Shown here: positions 50,741 to 60,606 of the stretch, piece by piece
Position numbering within the stretch: the first letter of the stretch is position 1
How the letters are laid out: every line of letters starts with the position of its first letter
NCBI GenBank assembly: GCA_964455085.1
Contig: CAYVYJ010000003.1
Coordinates: 7,364-71,363, forward strand
Direction of reading: 5' to 3'
DNA: 64,000 nt
Source: an uncultured Planctomycetia bacterium
GTDB taxonomy: Bacteria; Omnitrophota; Gorgyraeia; Duberdicusellales; 4484-171
Translations under genes and position numbers: made by a program
Notes under the pieces: model-generated
The model's input: the letters and a program-made list of their open reading frames with translations, nothing else
What the model was told of the DNA's origin: nothing
Databases searched by the model: none

Positions 50741-51844
50741 TTAGGATAAACTGTTTTGAAAATCTTTATACCCAAAACGGCGGACTACCTCCAAAGACCT
50801 ATCCAGCCTTTTTACTACAATTGAAGGCATTTTCAAGCCGTTAAACCAATTTTTTTTAACCATTGTATAACCGGCGGCATCAGCAATACGGATCACTTTA
50901 CCCACTTTTAGCCGGGATTTGAATCGGTAAGTACCGAAGATGTCTCCGGCCAAACAAGACCGCCCGGCAATCATATATTTAAACCGGCCCTGACCGGAAG
51001 TTTTTATCTTGGCACTCTGGCCATAAACTAACAAGTCTAACATGTGGGCTTCGGTTGAAGAATCAACTATGGCAATATTAATTTCATTATCAACGATATC
51101 TAATACTTTAGTCACCAGTTCAGCCGAGTCAATAATCGTAGCTTCTCCCGGTTCCAGATAAACCTGAACCCCAAATCGACTTTGAAACTCTTTTAGCAAT
51201 TTCCAAAATTTTTCGATTGGATAACCTTTTTTGGTAAAATAAATCCCACCGCCAAGGCTTACCCAGTTCAAAGTCTTTAACAAATCTCCGTAGTCGCGGC
51301 TAATTTTATTCAAATTCATGGCAAAATTTTTAAAATTATCGTTTTCACAGTTAAAATGGAACATCACTCCTTTAATTAAAGGTGCTACCTTAAGCAGCAA
51401 TCTTTTATCAATAATACCCAGTCTTGAGAACTTCCTTGCCGGGTCAGCTAAATCAAAGTGCGAGAAACTAACTTGGGGGTTTACTCTTAATCCTATATCC
51501 AGTGAACTGACCTGACCGTAAAACATCTTCAATTGTGATATCGAATTAAAAATTATTTTATCAGCGTATGGTTTGACTTTGTTTATCTCATTCTTCGAGA
51601 AAGCTACACTGTAGGCATGGATTTCTTTGCCGAATTTTTCTTTTCCCAAACGGGCCTCATACAAAGAACTACTGGTTGTGCCATCCAGATATTTACTGAT
51701 TAGACCGAAAACCGACCAGGTGGAAAAACACTTCAGGGCTAACAACGATTTTACCCCGGATTGTTCCCGGATGTACTTTATTATTTTTAGATTTCTTAAT
51801 AATTTACTTTCCTGAATTAAATAGTAGGGTGTTGGTAAAATCAT
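50741..51844 (-). CDS. nspC: Carboxy(nor)spermidine decarboxylase (NspC-like, PLP fold III)
   Basis: N-terminal PYYLIQESKLLRNL NspC pattern, ~370 aa; tandem with the dehydrogenase. Confidence 0.7.
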   Translation of the reverse strand: MILPTPYYLIQESKLLRNLKIIKYIREQSGVKSLLALKCFSTWSVFGLISKYLDGTTSSSLYEARLGKEKFGKEIHAYSVAFSKNEINKVKPYADKIIFNSISQLKMFYGQVSSLDIGLRVNPQVSFSHFDLADPARKFSRLGIIDKRLLLKVAPLIKGVMFHFNCENDNFKNFAMNLNKISRDYGDLLKTLNWVSLGGGIYFTKKGYPIEKFWKLLKEFQSRFGVQVYLEPGEATIIDSAELVTKVLDIVDNEINIAIVDSSTEAHMLDLLVYGQSAKIKTSGQGRFKYMIAGRSCLAGDIFGTYRFKSRLKVGKVIRIADAAGYTMVKKNWFNGLKMPSIVVKRLDRSLEVVRRFGYKDFQNSLS

Positions 51845-51976
51845 AATTTAACCACCTCCTAAGTAAACTTTGGGCTATATTAGCAATATTTAATTATTAT
51901 GGCAAGGCTTTTTTCATAAATTGCTTGAGAATCATCCTTATTTCTGTTAAAATCGGGCTGGTATTATAACGGTTAG

Positions 51977-52048
51977 CCGAGGTGGCTCAGTTGGTAGAGC
52001 AGGGCATTCGTAATGCTCAGGCCGAGAGTTCGATTCTCTCCCTCGGCT
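51977..52048 (+). tRNA. tRNA-Thr (anticodon CGT)
   Basis: Cloverleaf GCCGAGG...anticodon loop TTCGTAA...T-arm GAGAG-TTCGATT-CTCTC, 3' CCTCGGC-T. Confidence 0.85.
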
Positions 52049-52096
52049 TAATTAAGAAAGCACCTAAGTTACAAAGGCGTAACCCCGAAAACCACG

Positions 52097-53350
52097 ATGG
52101 TTTTAAAATACATTAAGATTCTGACTCGACGGAACTTTTTCCTCCTTTGGTTTGGCCAGATTATCTCCCAATTCGGAGACCGGCTCACCCAGATAGCCTT
52201 AGTCGGCTTAGTCTCCCAGATCTCCATGTCATCTTCACGTTTAGCCTTGGTAATGAGTATGGCCATAATCCCGGTGTTTATCGTTTCGCCTATCTCGGGG
52301 GTCTATATTGATCGCTGGAGCAAGCGAAAGACTATGTACATCAGTGACTTCTTAAGAGGGATTTTTATATTGCTGATCCCTTTCTTTTTCTTAAAGCTTA
52401 AATCATTTATCGCAATCTATGTCCTTATTTTTCTCTCCTTTAGCGCTGGAAGGTTTTTTATCCCGGCTAAAATGGCCTTTATTCCTAAAGTCTCTAAAAA
52501 AGAAGATATTTTCCTGGCTAATTCCCTGATTTCGATAACTGCTACCATTGCTGCGGTTATCGGCTTTGGCCTGGGAGGAATTATTGTGGAGAAGTGGGGT
52601 ATTAATGCTGCCTTTAGCCTCGATGCAACTACCTTTTTCATCTCTTGTTTAGCCGTGTTTTTTATCAGTACCAGGGAAAAAGGAGACTTTAAGGTACAAG
52701 ATATTTTATACCTGGGAAAGAATGTGGTTAGTGGGGTCAAGCAATCATTTATCTGGGAATTTCGGGAGGGAATAAAATATATCTTCAACTCCCACGAGAC
52801 AAAATATGCTTTTAAGATGTTCCTGTTTATTTTCTCCTATATTGGCGGATTATATGTTGTCTTTATTCGCTTTATTCAAAGGGTCTTATCTTCTCTGACT
52901 ACTGATTTAGGCTTTATTACTGTATCTTTAGGCCTGGGTATCTTTTTAGGCTCTTTAATTTACGGACGAATTGCCCATAAATTCTTGGTAAAAAAAGTTA
53001 TAAGTCTGTCTCTTTTTCTTACTTCACTTTATCTGATATTCTTTGTTCTAGTACTACGGGCTTACCCTCAAACCCTTTATGCCATTGGTTTGGCCTTTAT
53101 TCTGGGAATGATAACCTCTCCGGTATTTGTAGGAGTGAATGCTTTAATCCATAAGGAGAGCGATGAAAAAGTATTGGGAAGGATTTTCAGCGGATTAGAA
53201 TTCACCTCGCACTTAGGATTTTTGCTATCAATGTTTATCTGCTCAGCCTTGGCAGATTTCTTCAATCCCTTTACAATCATTATCTCACTTGGTATAATTG
53301 GCTTTTTCTTATCAACCATATCGCTATTTACCCATGATCAAAGTAACTGA
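52097..53350 (+). CDS. MFS transporter
   Basis: 12-TM pattern with MFS motif region (GVYIDRWSKRK). Confidence 0.7.
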   Translation: MVLKYIKILTRRNFFLLWFGQIISQFGDRLTQIALVGLVSQISMSSSRLALVMSMAIIPVFIVSPISGVYIDRWSKRKTMYISDFLRGIFILLIPFFFLKLKSFIAIYVLIFLSFSAGRFFIPAKMAFIPKVSKKEDIFLANSLISITATIAAVIGFGLGGIIVEKWGINAAFSLDATTFFISCLAVFFISTREKGDFKVQDILYLGKNVVSGVKQSFIWEFREGIKYIFNSHETKYAFKMFLFIFSYIGGLYVVFIRFIQRVLSSLTTDLGFITVSLGLGIFLGSLIYGRIAHKFLVKKVISLSLFLTSLYLIFFVLVLRAYPQTLYAIGLAFILGMITSPVFVGVNALIHKESDEKVLGRIFSGLEFTSHLGFLLSMFICSALADFFNPFTIIISLGIIGFFLSTISLFTHDQSN

Positions 53351-54620
53351 ATACAAAGAACCTCAACATAACTTGAAGAGTGAAAAGTTTTTCGCACCCA
53401 GCAAGCTCTATTTACCCTTGTCCCAACATACGGGAAGCCCCTCTTCACTTTGCGTACAGAAAAATGACCTGGTCTCAGAAGGTATGCTCCTGGCCAAAGA
53501 AGATGGATTCATCTCGACCCAGCTGCACGCACCCAGAAGCGGAAAAATAGTCGATATTACTAACTGGTATCACCCGATATTAAAACAGGCGCCAGCAATT
53601 GTGCTTAAGACCGATGATGAACTAAAAAAATATTCCCTTAGCCGGGATCCAGCAACCCTTGGGAACGATGAACTGTTGGCGATTATTAAAAATAGCGGCT
53701 TGGTTGGTATGGGAGGAGGTGCTTTTCCCACTCATGCCAAATTAGATTCCGCCAAAGAAATCGATACCCTGATAATCAATGGCTGTGAGTGTGAACCCTA
53801 TTTAGCCTGTGATTACCGCTTAATGATTGAGAATGCTACTGAGATATTTAAAGCTATTGGAATAATCTCGAAATTAGTTAATCCCAAGGAAGTAATTTTT
53901 GCAGTCGAGAAAAATAAACCCCAAGCAATAAAAAAACTAAACCTTCATATTAATACTAAGAATTTTGATTCTTCGCCGATAAAACTGTTTATTTTACCTA
54001 CTGCTTATCCCCAAGGAGAGGAGAAGTGGCTGATTCAGGCTACAACCGCTAAAAAAGTCGGGCCGGAAAAACTCCCGCTTGATGTCGGTTGTCTAGTCCT
54101 TAATGTTGCAACCTGCTTTGCGATCTACGAAGCAGTTTATCTTGATAAACCTCTAATTGAAAGACTGGTTAGTTTTTGCGGCGACGCTCTGAGGATTCCT
54201 AAGAATATCTGGGTTAAAATCGGAACTACTCTCCGGGAACTTTTTGAGGCAAAAGTTTTAGAATTTATAAAGGAACCTAAGCGGGTTATTTGCGGCGGGC
54301 CGATGATGGGAATTGCGCTTGATAGCTTAGATTATCCGATTTTAAAAGGGAGCGGTGGTTTTCTCTTTTTGAAGGAGGAGGAGCTTGAAGCAGGAGAGGA
54401 ACCCTGTATTCGTTGCAGCCGTTGTGTCGACGTCTGTCCAATGAATCTTCTACCGCTTGAGTATGTGAAAAGGGTGAAGAAAGATGAATTTGCTTCTTTA
54501 GCCGATTTTAATATTATTGATTGCACCGAGTGTGGTTGCTGCAGTTATGTTTGTCCAGGAAAAATACCGATTACTCACTATATAAAAACCGGGAAAAAAT
54601 ATGGTCTTAACAATAACTAA
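53334..54620 (+). CDS. rnfC: Rnf electron-transport complex subunit C
   Basis: GMGGGAFPTHAKL NADH/FMN-site motif; two CxxCxxCxxxCP ferredoxin motifs. Confidence 0.85.
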   Translation: MIKVTEYKEPQHNLKSEKFFAPSKLYLPLSQHTGSPSSLCVQKNDLVSEGMLLAKEDGFISTQLHAPRSGKIVDITNWYHPILKQAPAIVLKTDDELKKYSLSRDPATLGNDELLAIIKNSGLVGMGGGAFPTHAKLDSAKEIDTLIINGCECEPYLACDYRLMIENATEIFKAIGIISKLVNPKEVIFAVEKNKPQAIKKLNLHINTKNFDSSPIKLFILPTAYPQGEEKWLIQATTAKKVGPEKLPLDVGCLVLNVATCFAIYEAVYLDKPLIERLVSFCGDALRIPKNIWVKIGTTLRELFEAKVLEFIKEPKRVICGGPMMGIALDSLDYPILKGSGGFLFLKEEELEAGEEPCIRCSRCVDVCPMNLLPLEYVKRVKKDEFASLADFNIIDCTECGCCSYVCPGKIPITHYIKTGKKYGLNNN

Positions 54621-55539
54621 CCCTCCCCATTTAAAGTCAACTCTCAATACACCTTTCCTGATGCGGCAGGTTATAATTGCCTTATTGCCAGCTGTAGCTG
54701 CTTCACTATATTTCTTTGGAGCAAGGGCAGTGCTGCTGATTGCAAACTGCATACTGAGTGCAGTAATTACTGAAAAAATAATTTTAAGCTTACGAAAACG
54801 GCCCTCAGCAATCAGCGACTATAGCGCTGTTTTAACTGGTTTACTCCTGGCCCTTATTTTACCGCCTTCTATAGCCTGGTACGGGGCAACTCTTGGTTCA
54901 GCAGTAGCGATTATTATCGGCAAACATATCTTTGGCGGATTAGGGGCAAATATCTTTAATCCAGCCTTAATCGGCCGGGCCTTTCTTATGGCAGCTTACC
55001 CGGAGATGCTTACTACTTTTATAAAACCAAATTCAATCAATGCCCTAACCTCAGCTACACCCTTGGTTTTGAGGAAATTCAACCAAGTAATAACTCCCGA
55101 TTTAACGCTCTTTTTGGGGAAGGTTTCAGGAAGTTTGGGTGAGACCTCGGCAATTTGCTTAATTATCGGAGGCTTATACCTTTTAATCAGAAAAATTGCT
55201 GACTGGCGCATCCCCTTAAGTCTCCTCCTTACCACTACAATTATTTCCGGGGTGTTTTATTTAATTGATCCTGGATCGGGTTCGGTCTTCTTCCATCTCT
55301 TTGGCGGCGGACTTCTGCTCGGAGCCTTTTTTATGGCCGCTGACCCGGTAACCACGCCAACCACAAAAAAAGGCCGATACTTTTTTGGTCTTGGTTGCGG
55401 AATATTAATAATGGTAATACGATACTTTAGCGGTTTGCCGGAAGGCGTGATGTATGCAATCCTGTTTATGAATGCATTAACTCCTTTAATCAACCGCTAC
55501 ACAAAACCAAGGAGATTCGGGTATGCGAGAAGTAGTTAA
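54601..55539 (+). CDS. rnfD: Rnf complex subunit D
   Basis: NqrB/RnfD polytopic pattern with the FMN-attachment region (TGATVSS-like context). Confidence 0.85.
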   Translation: MVLTITNPPHLKSTLNTPFLMRQVIIALLPAVAASLYFFGARAVLLIANCILSAVITEKIILSLRKRPSAISDYSAVLTGLLLALILPPSIAWYGATLGSAVAIIIGKHIFGGLGANIFNPALIGRAFLMAAYPEMLTTFIKPNSINALTSATPLVLRKFNQVITPDLTLFLGKVSGSLGETSAICLIIGGLYLLIRKIADWRIPLSLLLTTTIISGVFYLIDPGSGSVFFHLFGGGLLLGAFFMAADPVTTPTTKKGRYFFGLGCGILIMVIRYFSGLPEGVMYAILFMNALTPLINRYTKPRRFGYARSS

Positions 55540-56089
55540 AATAACCTCGGTATTAACTACAGTTTGTCTGGTCTGTGCTTTTTTACTTTCCTTTGTCTGG
55601 GGGCTATCCCATAAAAAGATTGCTTTTAATGCTGAAAGAAGAGTGGAGGAAGCCTTGTCGATTCTAGCCCCCCAAGCAGCCGAAATAAGGGAGGCTCATA
55701 TCGACGAGGAGCTGATATACAAACTTTTTGATCAAAATGAAAGTCTAATCGCTTATGCTTTTATAGCTTCCGGCCAAGGCTATCAAGGAAAAATCAAAAT
55801 GCTGGTAGTAGCGGAGGCAAGCTTAAACCGTCTGGTGGGTATTGAAGTAGTAGAGTCTTTGGAAACTCCCGGATTAGGGGCAAAAATACAAGAGGATTTC
55901 TTTAAGCAACAATTTGCCAATTTAAGTTTAAAAGGCGAGATTGTCTGCCGAAAAGGTGTACTTGATGGGCCGGGGCAGATAAAAGCGATTACCGGGGCAA
56001 CTGTTTCTTCCCAGGCTGTAGTCAATATCTTGAACCAACGCCTTAAGCAAATACGGGAAGTAATTAAGGCCGAGAGGAAGTTAGAATGA
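55523..56089 (+). CDS. rnfG: Rnf complex subunit G (FMN-binding)
   Basis: N-terminal TM plus FMN_bind domain with the TGATVSS covalent-FMN motif. Confidence 0.8.
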   Translation: MREVVKITSVLTTVCLVCAFLLSFVWGLSHKKIAFNAERRVEEALSILAPQAAEIREAHIDEELIYKLFDQNESLIAYAFIASGQGYQGKIKMLVVAEASLNRLVGIEVVESLETPGLGAKIQEDFFKQQFANLSLKGEIVCRKGVLDGPGQIKAITGATVSSQAVVNILNQRLKQIREVIKAERKLE

Positions 56090-57606
56090 AACTCTTTGTT
56101 GAAACCAGCGCCTCAATGAAAAAAACAAAATTTATCGCCATAATCATAATCCTGTCGGCACTGCTTTATGCCAACTCCCTTAACGGTGATTTTGTTTCCG
56201 ATGATATTGGTTCTATTCGTGATAACCCCTCAATAGATAAATTTTCTGGTTTGAATTTAAGTGCAATCTTTAATTGGGTTGGCTATAAAATTTCCGGTCT
56301 CAACCCTTTTGCGCATCATTTAAGTAATCTTATCCTTCACGCAGCCTGTTCAGTCTTGGTCTTTTATATTCTTCTGGGTTTTTTCAGTCTCTGGCCTAGC
56401 TTCTTAGCCACACTTCTTTTTGTAGCTCACCCGGTACACACTGAAACTATTGCCTGGATTTCCGGAAAAGCCTACGCATTCTCAGCGCTTTTAATTTTTG
56501 CTTCTTTTCTTCTTTACCGCCGGGCTACCAGTCAAGATAAGCTAAAACCTTATGCCTATTTATTTTCGATTATCCTTTGTAACCCTTTTCATGCTTACTG
56601 GTATCTGGGAGTCTATCCGGCCATGATCATCCTTTATGATTTTACTTATCGCCGGGTAAAGAAAAACTGGCCCTACTGGATACCCTATATTGGATTAGTT
56701 ACAGTCTGGGTAATCAAGCGGATTATGGCGATTACTCAAAGAATTGATGTTTTAAGTTCGCCGACAATAATTGGCACCAATAACCTCATTTACAAATTAG
56801 CCTTTTCTTTCTTCTCGCACTTAAAATTACTACTTTGGCCCGGTCGATTAACTCTCTACCATGAACCAACTACCATTACCCAAGAATTACTTCTGGTTGA
56901 GATAATTGCTATTGGTGCAATTATTTGTTTTCTACCCTTTCTTTTTAAGCGGGCTAAGGAACTTTTCTTTGCTTTGGGAATATATGTTCTCTTTCTGGCT
57001 CCTACCTACAGTCCGATCTTAATCAGCTGGACTATTGCTGAGCGCTATCTCTATGTCCCCTCAGTGGGATTTTTTATCTTTATTGCTTTCATAATCGAAA
57101 ACTATTACCGACGGCCAAAGGCAAAAATCATCATTGCCATCCTAATGGTCTTGACTATCGGAACTTATTCAATAAGGACAATTATCCGAAACAACGACTG
57201 GAGCAGCCGAGCAAATCTCTGGCGGGCCACGGTTAGAGTCTCTCCCTTAAGCGCTAAGGCTCACAACAATATGGGCGATATTTATACCGTCGAAGGTGAT
57301 TTAGTGCGGGCTGCTGATGCCTTTAAATACGCAATAAAACTTAATCCTAACTACGCTGAAGCTTATCATAATCTTGGCACTACTTATGGCAAGCTGAACC
57401 AAATTAAGCTGGCAGCAAAATTTTACAAAAAAGCGCTATCTTTAGCGCCGTCACTCTATCAATCACATCAAAATCTCGGTGCGATTTATTTTAATCGGGG
57501 AGATTTCGGTCTGGCTAAAAAGCATCTGAGCCAAGCTTTAAAGTTTCTTCCCCAAGATTCGCCTAACCGAGCTGTGATTTTGAATGCTTTGGAAAGAATA
57601 CCTTAA
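56086..57606 (+). CDS. TMTC/DUF1736-like polytopic membrane protein with C-terminal TPR repeats (putative GT-C glycosyltransferase)
   Basis: HLSNLILHAACSVLVF and FVAHPVHTETIAWISG blocks typical of the DUF1736/TMTC family, DD motif in the first loop, 4-5 TPRs at the C-terminus; inserted between rnfG and rnfE. Confidence 0.55.
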   Translation: MKLFVETSASMKKTKFIAIIIILSALLYANSLNGDFVSDDIGSIRDNPSIDKFSGLNLSAIFNWVGYKISGLNPFAHHLSNLILHAACSVLVFYILLGFFSLWPSFLATLLFVAHPVHTETIAWISGKAYAFSALLIFASFLLYRRATSQDKLKPYAYLFSIILCNPFHAYWYLGVYPAMIILYDFTYRRVKKNWPYWIPYIGLVTVWVIKRIMAITQRIDVLSSPTIIGTNNLIYKLAFSFFSHLKLLLWPGRLTLYHEPTTITQELLLVEIIAIGAIICFLPFLFKRAKELFFALGIYVLFLAPTYSPILISWTIAERYLYVPSVGFFIFIAFIIENYYRRPKAKIIIAILMVLTIGTYSIRTIIRNNDWSSRANLWRATVRVSPLSAKAHNNMGDIYTVEGDLVRAADAFKYAIKLNPNYAEAYHNLGTTYGKLNQIKLAAKFYKKALSLAPSLYQSHQNLGAIYFNRGDFGLAKKHLSQALKFLPQDSPNRAVILNALERIP

Positions 57607-57624
57607 ACTTAGAATAAACTGTAG

Positions 57625-58200
57625 ATGAAAGATTTTATTAAAGGATTATGGATGGATCATCCGGTATTTCGCCAGCTCCTTGGCATGTGTCCAACTCTGG
57701 CCGTAACTACCTCGGCGATAAATGGACTCTCCATGGGCTTAGCTGTAATCTTTGTCTTATTCTTTTCATCATTAGTAGTTGCCTTGATTAAAAAAATAGT
57801 TCCGCACCAGGTACGGATTGCCGTCTACACTGTAATTATTGCTACTTTTGTTACCATTGTCGACTTATTCTTAAAAGCTCAGTTTCCCGAAATTAGCCGC
57901 AACCTGGGGCCTTACGTGCCTTTAATTGTGGTTAACTGCATTATCCTGGGTCGCTGCGAAGCTTTTGCCTCAAAAAGCAGTGTCTTAAACTCCTTAGGTG
58001 ATGCTTTAGGTATGGGAATCGGATTTAGCTGGGGGCTATTTATTCTGGGTTCGATTCGCGAGGTTTTAGGCGCCGGGAGTATCCTGGGAATAAAACTGAT
58101 GCCGGCAAATTATCCCCATTTAATTGTAATGATTCTTCCGGCCGGAGCATTTTTAGTCTTAGGCCTTTTAGTGGCACTAATGAATAAAATTGAAAGCTAA
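57625..58200 (+). CDS. rnfE: Rnf complex subunit E
   Basis: PVFRQLLGMCPTLAVTTS...LIVVNCIILGR RnfE/NqrD pattern. Confidence 0.85.
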   Translation: MKDFIKGLWMDHPVFRQLLGMCPTLAVTTSAINGLSMGLAVIFVLFFSSLVVALIKKIVPHQVRIAVYTVIIATFVTIVDLFLKAQFPEISRNLGPYVPLIVVNCIILGRCEAFASKSSVLNSLGDALGMGIGFSWGLFILGSIREVLGAGSILGIKLMPANYPHLIVMILPAGAFLVLGLLVALMNKIES

Positions 58201-58202
58201 AT

Positions 58203-58784
58203 ATGACTGATTTAATTTTAATATTTATCTCAACCCTTTTAATAAACAATCTTGTTTTATCCTATTTTTTAGGGATTTGTCCCTTTCTGGGAGTTTCCGG
58301 AAAAATCGAGTCGGCTTGTGGTATGGGTATGGCGGTTACTTTTGTAATGACCCTAGCCACCAGTATTAGCTGGTTAATCTACAACCTGATTTTAGTTAAA
58401 TTTGGCCTATTGTTCCTGGAATATGTGGTCTTCATCTTAGTTATTGCTTCCTTAGTTCAAATTGTGGAGATGTTCATCCGTAAGTACTCTAACCAGCTTT
58501 ACCAGGCCTTAGGAATATACCTTCCCTTGATTACCACTAATTGCGCAATCCTGGGTGCTGCCCTTTTTATGGTAACCAGAAATTATAACTTTCTGGAAGC
58601 AGTTGTTTTTGGTTTCTCCGGCGGCCTAGGATTTTCTCTGGTTTTGATGATTATGGCTGGAATCAGGGAAGAGGCAAGTTATGCTGATATTCCCGGTGTA
58701 TTTAAGGGAGCTTCTCTAACCTTAATTACTGCTGGTTTACTGGCACTTATATTTATGGGTTTTTCCGGTTTAATTGCCTCCTAA
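58203..58784 (+). CDS. rnfA: Rnf complex subunit A
   Basis: LGICPFLGVS...ITTNCAILG RnfA/NqrE pattern. Confidence 0.85.
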   Translation: MTDLILIFISTLLINNLVLSYFLGICPFLGVSGKIESACGMGMAVTFVMTLATSISWLIYNLILVKFGLLFLEYVVFILVIASLVQIVEMFIRKYSNQLYQALGIYLPLITTNCAILGAALFMVTRNYNFLEAVVFGFSGGLGFSLVLMIMAGIREEASYADIPGVFKGASLTLITAGLLALIFMGFSGLIAS

Positions 58785-59595
58785 AATGGAAAAAATTACA
58801 ATTGCTATCGTTGTTTTGGGAATAACTGGTTTCTTGTTTTCACTACTCCTGGCTCTCTTAAGCAAGAAGCTAAAAGTAGCTGAAAATCCTCAGACTGCAA
58901 AAATCCTGGATTTGCTTCCCGGTTTAAATTGCGGCGCCTGCGGTTTTAGCGGCTGTCGAGCCTATGCTCAAGCTGTAGCCGCAGAATGTAATGTCTTCTC
59001 TGGCTGCCTTCCAGCAGGAGCAGAAGTCAACAAGCAAATTGCCGAAATGTTGGGATTAATCGGCTGTGTCTCAGCAGATAAACCAGTAGTTATCTGCCAC
59101 TGCGCTGCCAAGGGGGGCGAGAAGAAGTCATCAGCAAACTACATCGGCCCCAATACCTGTAGGGCTGCTGAGATAACCGGAGGTCCAATTGATTGTATTT
59201 ATGGTTGTCTTGGTTTTGGTGATTGTGTAAAAGTCTGTCCAAGGGGAGCACTTACCTTGAAGGAGAAATCGATTGAAGTCAATATTAAAAAATGTAGCGG
59301 CTGTGGAAAGTGTCTGAATATCTGCCCCCGTAAACTCTTTGAAACTGTCCAGCTCACACCAGGTCTTGACCTCTATAATGTTGCCTGCAATAATAAAGAT
59401 CCTGCTTTAGCCGTAAAAAAAGTCTGTGGCCGGGGTTGTATTGGTTGCGGAATCTGTACCCGGGTAGAAGATTCGCCTTATTATTTAAAAAACAATCTCG
59501 CTCTGATCGACTATAGAAAAGCTGAGAAGCTTAAAAGTTTAGAAGCCGGAAAAATAAAGTGCCCGACAAAGTGTATTTTGAGCCAAAGCCGGTGA
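58774..59595 (+). CDS. rnfB: Rnf complex subunit B (polyferredoxin)
   Basis: N-terminal TM, CGACGFSGC motif and several CxxCxxCxxxCP clusters. Confidence 0.85.
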   Translation: MPPKMEKITIAIVVLGITGFLFSLLLALLSKKLKVAENPQTAKILDLLPGLNCGACGFSGCRAYAQAVAAECNVFSGCLPAGAEVNKQIAEMLGLIGCVSADKPVVICHCAAKGGEKKSSANYIGPNTCRAAEITGGPIDCIYGCLGFGDCVKVCPRGALTLKEKSIEVNIKKCSGCGKCLNICPRKLFETVQLTPGLDLYNVACNNKDPALAVKKVCGRGCIGCGICTRVEDSPYYLKNNLALIDYRKAEKLKSLEAGKIKCPTKCILSQSR

Positions 59596-59596
59596 T

Positions 59597-59989
59597 ATGC
59601 TTAAAGAGATTGTAACCATAACCGAAACCAAGGATGATAAAGTTAAGATAAAATTCATTAAAAAGGCAGCTTGCTCTTGCTGCAAACTTACCTCTCTGTG
59701 TGGTAAGGGCGAAGAGGAGCTAATGATAGACAATTGTGGTTTTAGTCTCAAGCCCGGTGATAAAATCGAAGTCGGTATTGAAGAAAAGCAAAACCTGCTG
59801 GCCAGTTTAATTGTCTTTCTCCTGCCGGGAGTGATTTTTCTGACCAGTTTACTTATCTTTAGACAACAGGGAGAATTGGTCAGTTTTTTTCTTGCTATCT
59901 TCGCACTTTGCGTCTATTATGGAGGTGCTAAGATGCTGCTTAAAAAAGAGCAGAAGAAGTTTAGTTTAAAAATCTTAGGTAAACTCTAA
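59597..59989 (+). CDS. RseC/MucC-family (SoxR-reducing-system) membrane protein
   Basis: N-terminal Cys cluster (CSCCKLTSLC) followed by two TM helices; immediately downstream of rnfB. Confidence 0.55.
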   Translation: MLKEIVTITETKDDKVKIKFIKKAACSCCKLTSLCGKGEEELMIDNCGFSLKPGDKIEVGIEEKQNLLASLIVFLLPGVIFLTSLLIFRQQGELVSFFLAIFALCVYYGGAKMLLKKEQKKFSLKILGKL

Positions 59990-59994
59990 AACCA

Positions 59995-60606
59995 ATGCCA
60001 AAACTAACCAATATTGCCGTATTAGCCTCAGGTAAAGGGACAAATTTTGCGGCTTTAGCCTTAGGAGTCAGGAGAAAAAAATTACCGGCTAAAATAAAAC
60101 TCTTAATTACCGACAAAAGAAATGCTTTAGCCAGAAAGAAAGCTAAAAATCTGGGTATAAAGGATATTTTCATCAACCCCAAAGAATTTAAGTCTCGATT
60201 GACCTATGAACGCCGGATAGTCAAACTATTGAAGCAGGAGAAAGTTGAGCTGGTTCTCTTAGCTGGATACATGCGAATTCTTTCACCCTTTTTTATAAAC
60301 TGTTTTAAACAAAAAATTCTCAATATTCATCCGGCACTCCTGCCGGCTTTCAGAGGCACCGATGCCATTGGCCGGGCATTTAGATATGGCTGCAAAATAA
60401 CCGGGGTAACAGTCCACTTTGTCGATAGTCAAGTTGATCAGGGGCCAGTAATTCTTCAAGAAGCAATTAAAATCACCCCGGGGATGAACCAAGAAAGACT
60501 GGAGGCAAAAATCCATTGTTTAGAACACAAACTCTACCCCCAAGCTTTAAAACTGATCCTTGATAAAAGAGTAAAAATAAGGAACAGAGATGTCAGGATT
60601 ATTTAA
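59995..60606 (+). CDS. purN: Phosphoribosylglycinamide formyltransferase
   Basis: IAVLASGKGTNF...NIHPALLPAFRG formyl-transferase motifs. Confidence 0.85.
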   Translation: MPKLTNIAVLASGKGTNFAALALGVRRKKLPAKIKLLITDKRNALARKKAKNLGIKDIFINPKEFKSRLTYERRIVKLLKQEKVELVLLAGYMRILSPFFINCFKQKILNIHPALLPAFRGTDAIGRAFRYGCKITGVTVHFVDSQVDQGPVILQEAIKITPGMNQERLEAKIHCLEHKLYPQALKLILDKRVKIRNRDVRII

